A stretch of DNA of 41,419 nt from a virus (Duplodnaviria; Caudoviricetes), in the IMG/VR virus record IMGVR_UViG_3300040985_002201, positions 1-41,419 of that record. One strand, written 5' to 3'. The position numbers and the translations under genes were made by a program. Positions 20,901-29,997 of this stretch are shown here, in pieces. Position 1 is the stretch's first letter; every line of letters starts with the position of its first letter. The notes below the pieces were generated by a model. The model saw only the letters and a program-made list of their open reading frames with translations. It searched no databases and had not been told where the DNA came from.

Positions 20901-23900
20901 CGTAAAGGCATCAATACGCCAGTTTGAAACAAAGGTTCCAAATCCAGAGTTGGCGGCGCTCCCAAGGAATATTGCGCTTTTCTTAGAATATTTGCCACAA
21001 CTTGCAAAACAAACAAGCATCATGGGACTACCATTCACCCTGTCACCGATTGGCGTTTTGGAAACCTTGGGACTTTTCGTTGACTGGGCCATTTCGATGG
21101 AAGGAGCGGGCATATTGCGGTGGTATATGCGGAGACCGTCTGAGTTACTTAGCGCACCACTACGGGCACTTATCCACGAACAAGGCTGGGCGATGAGGCG
21201 CAGTGAGCTCTTGAACAGAAGCCTTGTTGAAAAGATTCCCAAAGAACACCAACAGACGTTGCAAGACATTATGTATGGTGGTGGCCGAACAGGGACCATT
21301 GGTCGAATTGATGTAATGGAAAACGGCAAGGCATGGAAAGCTCTGGACGATGTTCGGGACGCTCAGATGCGACGGGTGGTGGAGAGCGAGAGTGGAAGAG
21401 CGCTTCTAAATGAAAGGCATGAGCCTGGCCCAAGGTCTGGTTATGCCGCTCGGCCAGAAGAGGCCCATGCGTTACGCGAAAAACTCAAGCAAGAGGGTAA
21501 GTTATTTGCTCATTACGAAGAGAGACTCCCCGGCCTTGTTTGGGATTCCAGTGCAAATGTTTCGATTCCAAAGTCAGGGGGCGGCAGCGCTACCAAGGTT
21601 GGTGGCTGGAAGGTAAACCCGTTATTGGAAGGTGAGATTTCACCGAAGCTAATTAACCAGTTCAGGTCACAGGCCCAGTTTATGAACAAGTGGGGGCGTG
21701 ACCTCTCGCTTCGAGCAGTGGAAGTTAGTCATGGCTTGAAAAATCACAAGTTCTACAACACTAAGACCGAGAGTTGGCAGTACGGTATATTTGATAACCA
21801 GGCTGCGATAAACAAGTTCTGGTGGCCCCAGCAATATAAGTCATGGAGTAAATTCACTCACTTCCTGAACAGGGTCATGGGGAAGGCACTCGGTCGTGAC
21901 AAGGCGTTTCCTTTATGGGAAGAGACCTTGCGGAAAATGCAAGGAGACCTCGCTGTCGCTGACGTAGCGGGTGCTCCAACGATGGGAGCGGCAAGCAGTA
22001 AGATACAGGTTAGTGAGTTGAACAGAAGGGGTTACTCGCTCGAGGCTAAGAAGATGATTGGGATGGAGCAAAACCTCATGAACCAAGCCGTTGGTGGGTT
22101 GGGTGAAGCTGAGTTTATGCTTCGTCAGGCTAAGATCTACCAAGCGATTGCGCGAGACCCAAATCTCAGTTTCCAGGGGAAGCAACTCAGAGGAAGCACC
22201 TTTAGGAAGCCGGGTACCCCAACAGGGAAACTTAAGATCCTAAGCGGAGGCATTGAGCGTCGGGGTAAGTGGATAAAGATGTCTTCCGAGGTGATGTACC
22301 CAGGAAGCAAGACCCCGCGATGGCTTGAGTTGGCGGGCCGATGGATACACGAGGATGTTTTCTGGCACCTAAAGTACACAGAGGAGATTGCAGCAGTCGC
22401 TAGTAAGAGCAAGTGGGCAAAGGCAGTTACTTATTTCAAACAAGCGCACACCGTATGGAACGCTCCCACGCTCATGCGGAACCTGTACGCGAATATACTC
22501 CTGCTCGCCCCCATGAACGACATGATCATGATGGGCAAAAATATGGCCTACTACAAACGCGCACTCCATGAAATGGCCACTGGTGGAAAGCTCTACGTTC
22601 AGGCGTACAAACACGGTGCCTTCGACGGTACATTCGCTCAGACGGAGCTCGGAAGAGGGGCATCAACTGCTGTGCTCAGAGGACTCATTAAGCGAGGTAA
22701 AGTTTCGTTGGCTGAGATAAAAGCCCTGCCGAATAACCTGGCAACCGGGAACATACCGGGACTAAGCGCCACAGGCCGGCTCTTCCTGTCGGAGACCCCG
22801 GGCGTCTTTTACAATGCAATGGATACCTGGCCGAGATTCGCTGACTGGCTCAAGCAAACAAACATGGGCAAGGATTTCAAAATGTATCGCCCTGCAGCAA
22901 AGAGCGTTCAGTGGAAGTGGTTTAACTACTCGGATATCACTGGCGCAGGGCAAGTGATGCGCGGCCCGACACAAGCTGGGTTTGGTCTGCGAAACCTTAC
23001 CTTTGTCATGGGCGGCAAGCCATTCTGGGCATACTTAGAACACTCTATGGCAGAGAGCGGTCCAATAAGGCAGTGGTTGAAACGTAAGCCACTTGTCGCT
23101 CAGATGTATATAAACCTCCATGAAACGCTCAGTGTAAAGGAGTTTGCGTCAGCCATGGCTGACGATATTGACGCCGCGAGAGCGTGGATGAAAACCATAA
23201 AAAGTCAGTCGCAACCATGGCGCAGGTATCGGTATATACCCATGAGTTCGACAGGTGTTATCGGTAAGGCAATTGAGGCGATTAGCGGCACACCCAACAT
23301 CCGAACTGAGATAGTAAAAGAAACCCTGATGGTGGAGGTTCCGACTGACCAGTACGGGGCGCTGCCAGAGGGAACACACATAGTAGTCGCCTACCGAGGG
23401 AAGGGTGATGATGAGCCTCCAGGTAAAGGGGGTGATGTGGTTGAAGTTAAGACAATGGATGATGCCATCCGCATTGCCACTGAGTCGCTTGGCAAGTGGG
23501 GTACAACGTCAGAGCGTCGTCTAGCGGTTTCAAGAATTATCAGGGAGGGTACCTCTAAGGACGTGTACTGGGATGAGCAGATAAATATGTGGGTTGTTGC
23601 GAAGGAAATCACCCAGGAGATGGCAGTGCCGATGCTGACCCGATGGTTCAACATAGGTTACTACACGCCAATTGATTGGCTCATACCCCAACTCGAATCG
23701 TATAATACAGAAGGTTGGTTGTATAACTTTGCTGCTCAAGTGATGACTAACCAGAACCCGCTTACAACGATAGCGTATGCCGCGACTTCCGGTAAGGATC
23801 CATACACAGGCAAAGATCTCTACAAGCCTCGAGCAGGGGCGAGTGAGTGGGACAAGTTCTTTGGCCCAATATGGAGCAGGACTAAGTTTGGGGTTCAAAC

Positions 23901-24792
23901 AATGCTCCCTCCATGGCTCTTCGGAAAGAGCTATGAAAAGCTGCTACAGATTGGTGATAAGGATTACCGTGGGCGCGTTAGGGACTCGATGGAGACCTGG
24001 TTTGATGTGCTGGGTGGTGTCAAGTACGAGACAGATGTCCATGTACCCGACGGTGTAGCACGCCAATTGAAACGGTTTGGTGAGGATGTTCGCGCAACAG
24101 AGAAAAGGGTCGCAGACGATGTTGTAGAAGAGTTCAAGGGAACGGGTATGCCCACAGTATTTAGTTATCCAGAGCTAAAAAAGATAGCCACTCAAGAGGT
24201 TTCTCATCCAGATATATCAGTAAAGGATGCTAACGCTGCTCTGGACTACTACATGAAGACAAAGGCTGTTGAGGGTCTTCGGATGCTTCGGATGTTGAAG
24301 CGTTCAATTGCGACCATTCCAACTCTACCTGCCAGATACAGGAACATACGCAAAGACGATGACATGCCCCGGTCTGCGAAGCGTATTGAGGATAAGGGTG
24401 CGTTGCGAGGTGAAGACGTTGACGTTCTTGCAATCAAAGCGATTATTGCCGGCCTGCCCATTACTGCATGGGAGAACATGCTTATCACGGATAGTGACAT
24501 CAGCGAAGAGGAGTGGGTCTCCTTTCTGCAGCGTGAGTTTTCCAGTGAAGGCCAACTGAGCCGCCAAGAATTGCTAGATTTAGGAAAGCAATACAAGAAT
24601 AAGTCAAAAGGATATAAGATGATCTTCAGAATGCTATTTGGCGAGGAAGATCCAGCGGAAAGATTATCCGGCGAAAAGGGATTTATCACCGTACTGCACT
24701 CACTTGGGACGGTATTTGAGAAATTTGTAGACCGAGATACTGAAAAGCGTTTGTATAAGGCGCGGGAGAAAAAGAAAAATGGCAACGATTAG
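17941..24792 (+). CDS. Giant internal virion / ejection protein (T7 gp16-like position)
   Basis: 2283 aa; FKQAHTVWNAPTLMRNLYAN, PGVFYNAMDTWPRF and SGKDPYTGKDL patterns resemble large polyvalent ejection proteins. Confidence 0.7.
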   Translation: MVDEKKDEPGLGSTALGFGASMFPGTAAFGATAYGLFKLFESGKQELTDEQIARAKAEHKAELKAKKAIGKSRPIQLEKAYTPPGKPLTPPVFRGGTSEMPMFGYKPPGVDTVPYGKTITIHDKETGQVHEVPAEQLFGKQQEVTYEGKKTPLSAMGAPPQLLTGTSGDLTRLIFDRGTLDKGATNIQPGNLLGGTGGDVYKTQRPIRTTPDKDMTFIDFIKDRVPTAAEQAWSEGKTTRFLSNRETVNWFEGVFPTYQEKVIRRKKTTKERPIPKDLAVSEHGKSDDPDQDKSLTKGSPFWQKRDDVKQSLFDKRQELYHRLVRYYKSAQHGNLAMLPVAKELEKEILSLYKKPEYREIFFTDDEEKLSREFAKLDPKKQSRWLQRHRKFLDRVQPFGTIPRQGYTVDRAIATGRWARIRIPVPMYTKGQWETTTSRELDKLRSNIQIPINTNMRGGGHQGFPDANITPERAEQRLTANESVPVDRATALIKTYNAQMKEVGTPEKVRAVAERLYLASKRKSKSGLHVQAPVHAKEVPSNKALAPFMEKARRTIAWELWRDLVERGGQWEQQDISRMDPALIEMKSAGIPITSKDSSLGPFLQKGLHWVTGDLDEQSTWFDIPWTDNQYAIGNPFAAKNSLLSGGYHIASKLVNAVHEALDIYMGQDSEGVNSTVRIPSAVMKEDARNNRSNAVINFLRFDDPEHSFRGLFGLRWNDKATWDTKLNKGRGGWRGGWEAADFMTAWKYDGPEGKDLKVIGKYDAMGPWEVVSHVAENAPEELAGLIMLFPHIGEMVVDMIAEPFSGRNAVESAKQLTQTGKMFIDGMVNSLALHIGDPKAGLVEEGAITQFLWLMPLGQLAKIGMSKLLKTKMFELMQKKITNGKAPLIETGELVLEEGKLRPKKAGEKSLYDTANEELKTKKHKHKKAAEVLQKAWKRIRDRLDDAGKVKEPTSKRKRVRVKHRKQAEAYEAAVDAEAMLASNVEIVKASIRQFETKVPNPELAALPRNIALFLEYLPQLAKQTSIMGLPFTLSPIGVLETLGLFVDWAISMEGAGILRWYMRRPSELLSAPLRALIHEQGWAMRRSELLNRSLVEKIPKEHQQTLQDIMYGGGRTGTIGRIDVMENGKAWKALDDVRDAQMRRVVESESGRALLNERHEPGPRSGYAARPEEAHALREKLKQEGKLFAHYEERLPGLVWDSSANVSIPKSGGGSATKVGGWKVNPLLEGEISPKLINQFRSQAQFMNKWGRDLSLRAVEVSHGLKNHKFYNTKTESWQYGIFDNQAAINKFWWPQQYKSWSKFTHFLNRVMGKALGRDKAFPLWEETLRKMQGDLAVADVAGAPTMGAASSKIQVSELNRRGYSLEAKKMIGMEQNLMNQAVGGLGEAEFMLRQAKIYQAIARDPNLSFQGKQLRGSTFRKPGTPTGKLKILSGGIERRGKWIKMSSEVMYPGSKTPRWLELAGRWIHEDVFWHLKYTEEIAAVASKSKWAKAVTYFKQAHTVWNAPTLMRNLYANILLLAPMNDMIMMGKNMAYYKRALHEMATGGKLYVQAYKHGAFDGTFAQTELGRGASTAVLRGLIKRGKVSLAEIKALPNNLATGNIPGLSATGRLFLSETPGVFYNAMDTWPRFADWLKQTNMGKDFKMYRPAAKSVQWKWFNYSDITGAGQVMRGPTQAGFGLRNLTFVMGGKPFWAYLEHSMAESGPIRQWLKRKPLVAQMYINLHETLSVKEFASAMADDIDAARAWMKTIKSQSQPWRRYRYIPMSSTGVIGKAIEAISGTPNIRTEIVKETLMVEVPTDQYGALPEGTHIVVAYRGKGDDEPPGKGGDVVEVKTMDDAIRIATESLGKWGTTSERRLAVSRIIREGTSKDVYWDEQINMWVVAKEITQEMAVPMLTRWFNIGYYTPIDWLIPQLESYNTEGWLYNFAAQVMTNQNPLTTIAYAATSGKDPYTGKDLYKPRAGASEWDKFFGPIWSRTKFGVQTMLPPWLFGKSYEKLLQIGDKDYRGRVRDSMETWFDVLGGVKYETDVHVPDGVARQLKRFGEDVRATEKRVADDVVEEFKGTGMPTVFSYPELKKIATQEVSHPDISVKDANAALDYYMKTKAVEGLRMLRMLKRSIATIPTLPARYRNIRKDDDMPRSAKRIEDKGALRGEDVDVLAIKAIIAGLPITAWENMLITDSDISEEEWVSFLQREFSSEGQLSRQELLDLGKQYKNKSKGYKMIFRMLFGEEDPAERLSGEKGFITVLHSLGTVFEKFVDRDTEKRLYKAREKKKNGND

Positions 24793-25261
24793 TTTTGGCG
24801 CAGACGGCGCCGCAAGAACGGTAACCCAAGACAGTGGCACTGGCACGGTTCCCGGCGCGCTAGACCCTCACATGGTGAAGTGCGTTGTTGGCACTGGAAA
24901 GTTTTTTCGCGTCGTGCCGCCCTACGCATGCGATACCTGGGAGATAGTAATGTCTGCCGCTGGTAATACAACGATCCGCATCTTTGGGCTGGACAACGAC
25001 TACGATGGTAGCGGAGCCCCGAACGCTGATGAGAAGTATGAAGTTCCTGACACAACACCTGAGTATAATTCAGGATTCAAAGTCGATGGATTGGCAGATG
25101 GCCAAGCCGACTTACCGAGAAGCATCATCTGGGACCAGGCGTGGAAGGCACTGCAATTTGATGTAACGACCGGCCCAGCAACCATAAAGGTCAAAGCATA
25201 TCGCTCAGGCCAATCCACTTTTGAAGGTAACTATACAACGGTTACCAACGAAGACAGTTAG
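24779..25261 (+). CDS. Hypothetical virion-associated protein
   Basis: 160 aa beta-rich ORF with GGGAG RBS, just before the tail fibre. Confidence 0.6.
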   Translation: MATISFGADGAARTVTQDSGTGTVPGALDPHMVKCVVGTGKFFRVVPPYACDTWEIVMSAAGNTTIRIFGLDNDYDGSGAPNADEKYEVPDTTPEYNSGFKVDGLADGQADLPRSIIWDQAWKALQFDVTTGPATIKVKAYRSGQSTFEGNYTTVTNEDS

Positions 25262-25270
25262 GAGTAAATC

Positions 25271-27526
25271 ATGGCGACCCGCACAGGCATTAGAATTTCA
25301 GGTTTTCCTGTTGAGACAACCGAAACCGCAGACGCACTGACCCTCGAGTCAGAAGGCACTCGTGACCTTGTCCTCAGTTCGGGCAGTGACAAAGTGGGGG
25401 TCAATGAAGCTGAGCCTCAACAAACACTGCACGTCACAAAAGATGCTGCCGCCGACCCGCAGTACGCCCTCAACCAACCCCTGATTATCGAAGACGATAA
25501 CAGGCCTGGTATCCAGCTTGTGGGTTCAGCCAACAATATCGGCATTATTGAGTTTGGCGATAACGCCCACCCTAACGCTGGAAGCATCAACTTCGACCAC
25601 TCGACCAACCGGATACGCTTTGGCTTTGAGGATGACGCCGAAAAGGTCTACATCGACAGCTCTGGCAACATGGTTATTGATGGCGATTTGACCGTAAGCG
25701 GAACGACCACAACCGTCAGCACAACCAACACCGTCCTCGAAGACAAGCTAATCGAGCTTGGCAACGGGATAACCGGCACTCCCTCTGGCGATGCGGGTGT
25801 TATTATTGAGCGTGGCAGTTCTGCAAATGCAGCCATCATCTGGGATGAAAGCCGGGACGAATTCGTGTTGGGCACCACCTCTGCCACTGGCGCAAGCACG
25901 GGCGACCTAACCGTAACGCCCGGAAACGTCAGCGTGGAACGAATTGGCGCGGGTACTGAGCAAGCCGAGGCCGAAGTCCACGCCAAGCGGGATACAGCTA
26001 GCGGCGTACAGTATTCCACAACGGCTACGGTCATTGCAGAGGACGACGCCAGACCTTCAATTCAGTTGGCTGGCGCGGCTAACAACATTGGCCTCATTCA
26101 ATTCGGAGACAACGCTGCCGAGGCTAGTGGGCAGATTTACTACGACCACAGTACAGACAAGCTACGGATTGATGCCGGTGGCAATGGCGACCGGGTGACT
26201 GTAGACAGTAGCGGCAATGTAACTGCTGAAGGTTCAGTCTTCCTCAAAGAGAAGGCAGACGCAACCACAGACGTTGTTGCTTACGGGCAGTTATGGGTCA
26301 ACACAGCTACACCCAACGAGTTGTTCTTCACCACTGATGCGGGTGATGACATTCAGTTGACCGATGGAACTGCGGCGGCTTTCGTTGGAGACATCACAGG
26401 CGTAACAGCAGGTACCGGCCTTAGCGGTGGTGGTACATCTGGCGCAGTCACGTTGAATGTCGATGCAGCACAGACTCAGATTACGTCTGTCGGAACTATA
26501 GCGACAGGTACATGGGAAGGCACTGATGTAGGTGTGGCCCATGGTGGTACAGGCGTATCAACGCTGACGGATGGCGGTGTTCTTCTTGGTTCTGGCACTG
26601 GCGCAGTAACAGCGATGGCTGTCCTTACTGACGGTCAGATGATTGTTGGTGATGGTACTGGTGATCCAGTTGCCGAGTCTGGCGCTACACTACGAACATC
26701 AATCGGAGTAGGCACTGGGGACTCACCACAGTTCACAAACCTAGACCTTTCGAGCACGGGCGACGTCCTATTAACACTGGACGCAGACTCAGATAATTCA
26801 GGCGAGGGTGACAACCCTGCTATTTTGTTTAAGCAAGACGGTGGTGCCAACAAATCCGTTATTGGGATGGCTCAAGTTGGTTATGATCCACTTGGCGTCG
26901 CCATGACAAACGGTTCTGACAATGCGCTAACCATCGCAGGTCTGATCACCGGAATCCCTATACAGTTTGGCATCAGGAAGACCGGTGAAGCTATTGCCAC
27001 AGCAGTTGTAAAGATTGATGGCAGCACAGGTGAGCTTATTGTCGGGTCCAGTGGTGCTACCGGCGTTATCTCCAGTGCTGGAACTCATGACCTAAAGCTT
27101 CAGACTAACGCGGGCACCAACAGCGGCACAATCGTTATAACTGATGGTGCTAATGGCGATATAACGATAACGCCAAATGGTAGCGGCATCCTTGAAACGA
27201 CTGGCCAATTTGTTTGCGAAGGGTTGGCCACCACCTACAGAGAAGTAACCTCTAACTACACTGTTGGCGTAAATGACTACCTTATTATCGCATCCGGCTC
27301 AGGCACAACTGTCTCACTCCCTGCCCCGTCAGCGGGCAACGGGGGTACCATATACAAGATCAAGCGAGTCGATGCCAGTAACAGTATTACAATTGGCCGA
27401 GCATCTGGCTCTGCCACAATTGACGGTGCCGCAACCTACACGCTGGACGCCAACTACATGATGGTTGAAGTTATGAGCGATGAGACAAACTGGCTTATCA
27501 CAGGTGCCTACGAGGTTCCTGCATAG
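25271..27526 (+). CDS. Tail fibre protein
   Basis: Gly/Thr-rich mosaic modules (GTTTTVSTTNTVLEDKLIELG, GDITGVTAGTGLSGGGTSG, VAHGGTG) and a C-terminal TVSLPAPS...TIDG module; AGGAG RBS. Confidence 0.85.
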   Translation: MATRTGIRISGFPVETTETADALTLESEGTRDLVLSSGSDKVGVNEAEPQQTLHVTKDAAADPQYALNQPLIIEDDNRPGIQLVGSANNIGIIEFGDNAHPNAGSINFDHSTNRIRFGFEDDAEKVYIDSSGNMVIDGDLTVSGTTTTVSTTNTVLEDKLIELGNGITGTPSGDAGVIIERGSSANAAIIWDESRDEFVLGTTSATGASTGDLTVTPGNVSVERIGAGTEQAEAEVHAKRDTASGVQYSTTATVIAEDDARPSIQLAGAANNIGLIQFGDNAAEASGQIYYDHSTDKLRIDAGGNGDRVTVDSSGNVTAEGSVFLKEKADATTDVVAYGQLWVNTATPNELFFTTDAGDDIQLTDGTAAAFVGDITGVTAGTGLSGGGTSGAVTLNVDAAQTQITSVGTIATGTWEGTDVGVAHGGTGVSTLTDGGVLLGSGTGAVTAMAVLTDGQMIVGDGTGDPVAESGATLRTSIGVGTGDSPQFTNLDLSSTGDVLLTLDADSDNSGEGDNPAILFKQDGGANKSVIGMAQVGYDPLGVAMTNGSDNALTIAGLITGIPIQFGIRKTGEAIATAVVKIDGSTGELIVGSSGATGVISSAGTHDLKLQTNAGTNSGTIVITDGANGDITITPNGSGILETTGQFVCEGLATTYREVTSNYTVGVNDYLIIASGSGTTVSLPAPSAGNGGTIYKIKRVDASNSITIGRASGSATIDGAATYTLDANYMMVEVMSDETNWLITGAYEVPA

Positions 27527-27536
27527 GGAGGGGATA

Positions 27537-27650
27537 ATGTTTTTCAAACCAACAGTTAGACGACGTAAGGCAACAGCCGAGGCGAAGCCCACTAAGAAGA
27601 AGGCTGCGCCTAAGAAGGCTGCTAAGAAGAAGGCTGCTAAGAAGAAATGA
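27537..27650 (+). CDS. 37-aa Lys/Ala-rich histone-H1-like peptide (not in the ORF track)
   Basis: MFFKPTVRRRKATAEAKPTKKKAAPKKAAKKKAAKKK; GGGAGGG RBS; ATGA overlap with the endolysin. Confidence 0.75.
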   Translation: MFFKPTVRRRKATAEAKPTKKKAAPKKAAKKKAAKKK

Positions 27651-28333
27651 TCTGGTGGCAATACGTCTTAGACTTCTTCGGTGGTGATAACCCGTCGTGG
27701 ATAAAGAAGGGTGCCAAGCTGCGCTCTTACTCCAGGCGGTATGCTGAGATAGATGAGATCATCATCCATGAATCAGTGACCAGCACCACAGCAAAGGCAG
27801 TCAAGGTTCTCAATGCCAGGAAGCTAGGCGTTCATTACTGCATAGACCGGGATGAGGCTGGGACGATTACATCTCATGTGCCCGCCAAGAAAGCTTGCTC
27901 TCATGCTGGCTCAGGCCACAACCGGAGAAGCATTGGCATTGAGATAGTGAACCCCTTCTACGCTAAGTACGCTAAGGATGGGGATAAGACTCTGACGGGT
28001 GTATGGGTACACAGGAAGGAGTATCTCTTACCCTACGAATCCCAGATGAAGAGCCTGTGGAAGCTTGTCCTTTGGTTGATTATGCGCCACGATGTTCCTC
28101 TCGAATTCCCCGGCATACCTGACGGGGTAATGCGCTGGGGAAAGATAGCCGAACATCGGAAGGCTGGTCTGAAGGCACATCACCGATTCGCACATGGTGA
28201 CGGCACGTTCCCTGAATGTTACCTATGGTATAGAACTCAGGCCCTCTCACACGAGGAAGCCTGGGCAAAAACGATTGCAGCGGCATCCGCAGGGAAGCGG
28301 AGCACGCCACTACTTGATGAGGAGTTAGCATGA
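27647..28333 (+). CDS. Endolysin, N-acetylmuramoyl-L-alanine amidase (Amidase_2-type)
   Basis: IIIHES, GVHYCID, HAG..N..SIGIE and a C-terminal H...D Zn-ligand region. Confidence 0.9.
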   Translation: MIWWQYVLDFFGGDNPSWIKKGAKLRSYSRRYAEIDEIIIHESVTSTTAKAVKVLNARKLGVHYCIDRDEAGTITSHVPAKKACSHAGSGHNRRSIGIEIVNPFYAKYAKDGDKTLTGVWVHRKEYLLPYESQMKSLWKLVLWLIMRHDVPLEFPGIPDGVMRWGKIAEHRKAGLKAHHRFAHGDGTFPECYLWYRTQALSHEEAWAKTIAAASAGKRSTPLLDEELA

Positions 28334-28611
28334 AGCCAGCCGATTGGATAAAGATAGCAGGTATGTTGATAGCAGCCTGTGCGTCTATGATGACGTATGT
28401 CTTTAGTATGGACCACACCGTCCAGGTCAATACGTCTGACATCGAGCGAGTTGAAGAGGTCAACGAGAAACAAGAGGTTGCAGTTGAGAAGCTTGAGACT
28501 AAGGCAGCCGCGATAGACACGAAGCTCGTGCAGATACAGACACAGCAAACATCTAACCAGCGTATCCTTGAGAAGATGGATCGCAAGATGGATAGAGTTC
28601 TAAAACGATGA
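28330..28611 (+). CDS. Single-TM coiled-coil protein (lysis-associated candidate)
   Basis: N-terminal TM segment plus coiled-coil; ATGA overlap with the endolysin. Confidence 0.55.
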   Translation: MKPADWIKIAGMLIAACASMMTYVFSMDHTVQVNTSDIERVEEVNEKQEVAVEKLETKAAAIDTKLVQIQTQQTSNQRILEKMDRKMDRVLKR

Positions 28612-28630
28612 AGGGACTGGAGGTGACATA

Positions 28631-29023
28631 GTGCGAGACCCCAAGGGACCAAGTGCATATGCGCCGCAGCAACCGATTAAGTCACGAGGCACATCAGGCC
28701 TGTCAGCATACAGCGCACCAAAGAGCCTGTTTGGCGCCAAGAAAAAGAAAAAGCGCCTCAGTGAAGGTGTGTACTCGAGTGTGTTTCCAAAAAGCGGTGT
28801 CAATGTAGCGCAACCGAGACCTTATTCAGGTGGAACAGGTAGTTGGGCCGAGCAGAATCTGCCGTCTTCGTTGCCTGGTATCAAGGCAATGCCAGTTGCG
28901 TCACCCGCAGCGGCATCACAACCCTCTCCACTACCGGGCATGCCGAATGTCCCAAACCCTATTGACAAATTGAAAGCAAGAAAGAAAGCTGCACAGAATC
29001 TATGGAAGATTTGGTGGACCTAA
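28631..29023 (+). CDS. Basic Pro/Ser-rich hypothetical protein
   Basis: GGAGGT RBS before GTG; KKKKKR run. Confidence 0.65.
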   Translation: MRDPKGPSAYAPQQPIKSRGTSGLSAYSAPKSLFGAKKKKKRLSEGVYSSVFPKSGVNVAQPRPYSGGTGSWAEQNLPSSLPGIKAMPVASPAAASQPSPLPGMPNVPNPIDKLKARKKAAQNLWKIWWT

Positions 29024-29038
29024 AACGGGTCCAAGGAG

Positions 29039-29410
29039 ATGAGAATGGCATCGAAAAAGCCACTATATAAAAGCCTCACAATCCAGAGCTCATGCTTACT
29101 GGCTCTATTGATTGTACTTCGGGCATTTTTTCCCGAACACCTAACGCCAGAGTTGTTCCAGACCCTTTTGGGTGTGTTTGGACTGGGGGCTGCAGTCGGA
29201 TTTCGACGTGCGCTACCAGTGCTGATTATAGGATTTGTGTCTGTTGGCATGGTGCATTGTGGGCCGTCCTACTGCTCAAAAACGGTTTTGGACATCAGCG
29301 CTCACCCGAGTTTGCCAAGCCCTGCTGCGACGTTGAAGGTGAAGTGTTGCAAAACAAACAACGAATGTACTGACAAGGCGATAATTGTAACCAAGGACAT
29401 AAAGAAATGA
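29039..29410 (+). CDS. Putative holin with Cys-rich C-terminal extension
   Basis: KKPLYKSLTI N-terminus followed by three hydrophobic segments; AAGGAG RBS; close to the endolysin. Confidence 0.5.
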   Translation: MRMASKKPLYKSLTIQSSCLLALLIVLRAFFPEHLTPELFQTLLGVFGLGAAVGFRRALPVLIIGFVSVGMVHCGPSYCSKTVLDISAHPSLPSPAATLKVKCCKTNNECTDKAIIVTKDIKK

Positions 29411-29640
29411 GTCCAGATGTAGCCAAGCGAGTGGCATCATTGCTAGTTGATGCACTAGAGCAGCAAGCGAAGGAAATGCTACCTGCATACCTGACGGAAA
29501 GCTTTCTAGCTGCCGCCAGTGATTTGCTAGAGAAGGGTCTCCTGAGTGTATGGGTGTCGCTTTTAGAGCAAATCGACACAGTCAAAATTGAGTCAGAGTT
29601 GGTGGAAATCATTGACCACAGAGAGGATTCCGATGCCTGA
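29407..29640 (+). CDS. Hypothetical protein
   Basis: 77 aa ORF coupled by an ATGA overlap. Confidence 0.6.
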   Translation: MSPDVAKRVASLLVDALEQQAKEMLPAYLTESFLAAASDLLEKGLLSVWVSLLEQIDTVKIESELVEIIDHREDSDA

Positions 29641-29773
29641 TGTCTACGGAAAGAAGTTTGCGTATACCGCCGCCGGCAAGAAAGCCGCAACCGCATACAA
29701 GAAGAAGAAGAAGAAGAAACTCAGCGCTCGGTCACAGGCGGCTGCTAACATCGCAAAACAACTGAAGGGTTAG
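29633..29773 (+). CDS. Small highly basic protein (46 aa)
   Basis: MPDVYGKKFAYTAAGKKAATAYKKKKKKK...; GAGGA RBS before ATG 29633. Confidence 0.7.
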   Translation: MPDVYGKKFAYTAAGKKAATAYKKKKKKKLSARSQAAANIAKQLKG

Positions 29774-29778
29774 CCACT

Positions 29779-29946
29779 GTGCCGTACATGCGAGGCAAGT
29801 CAAAAACTGCCATTGAGAGCAACATCCGGCGACTCGTTAGAGAGGGTTATCCACAGAAAGAAGCCGTCGCCATCGCTCATGAAAAAGCAGGTATGGGCAA
29901 GCCACGGAGAAAGGCAGCGAAACAAATACGAAGGCAACTTACCTAA
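29779..29946 (+). CDS. Small basic phage protein (55 aa; not in the ORF track)
   Basis: MPYMRGKSKTAIESNIRRLVREGYPQKEAVAIAHEKAG matches the widespread phage P.KKGKS...IS.NI..L...G.PQKQAVAIA pattern. Confidence 0.75.
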   Translation: MPYMRGKSKTAIESNIRRLVREGYPQKEAVAIAHEKAGMGKPRRKAAKQIRRQLT

Positions 29947-29961
29947 GTCAACTACTAATTC

Positions 29962-29990
29962 TTGACAGGCCACATTGCTCGAGGGAGGAT
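29962..29990 (+). promoter_or_regulatory. Sigma70-like promoter for primase-helicase
   Basis: Perfect TTGACA, 17 bp spacer, GAGGAT (weak -10). Confidence 0.45.
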
Positions 29991-29997
29991 GTTTTTT

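Noticed and set aside
19320-21329. Long antisense ORFs of 363 aa and 271 aa
   Set aside because: They are Ser-rich shadows of the giant + strand gene, with no motifs or evident RBS.
23955-23985. DYRGR in the giant protein as a virion RNA polymerase motif
   Set aside because: No downstream T7-type motifs A, B and C and no DxDxD centre were seen, and too little sequence follows for a polymerase domain.
25271-27526. Diversity-generating retroelement or invertible tail-fibre system
   Set aside because: No reverse transcriptase, invertase or near-identical template/variable repeat pair was seen.
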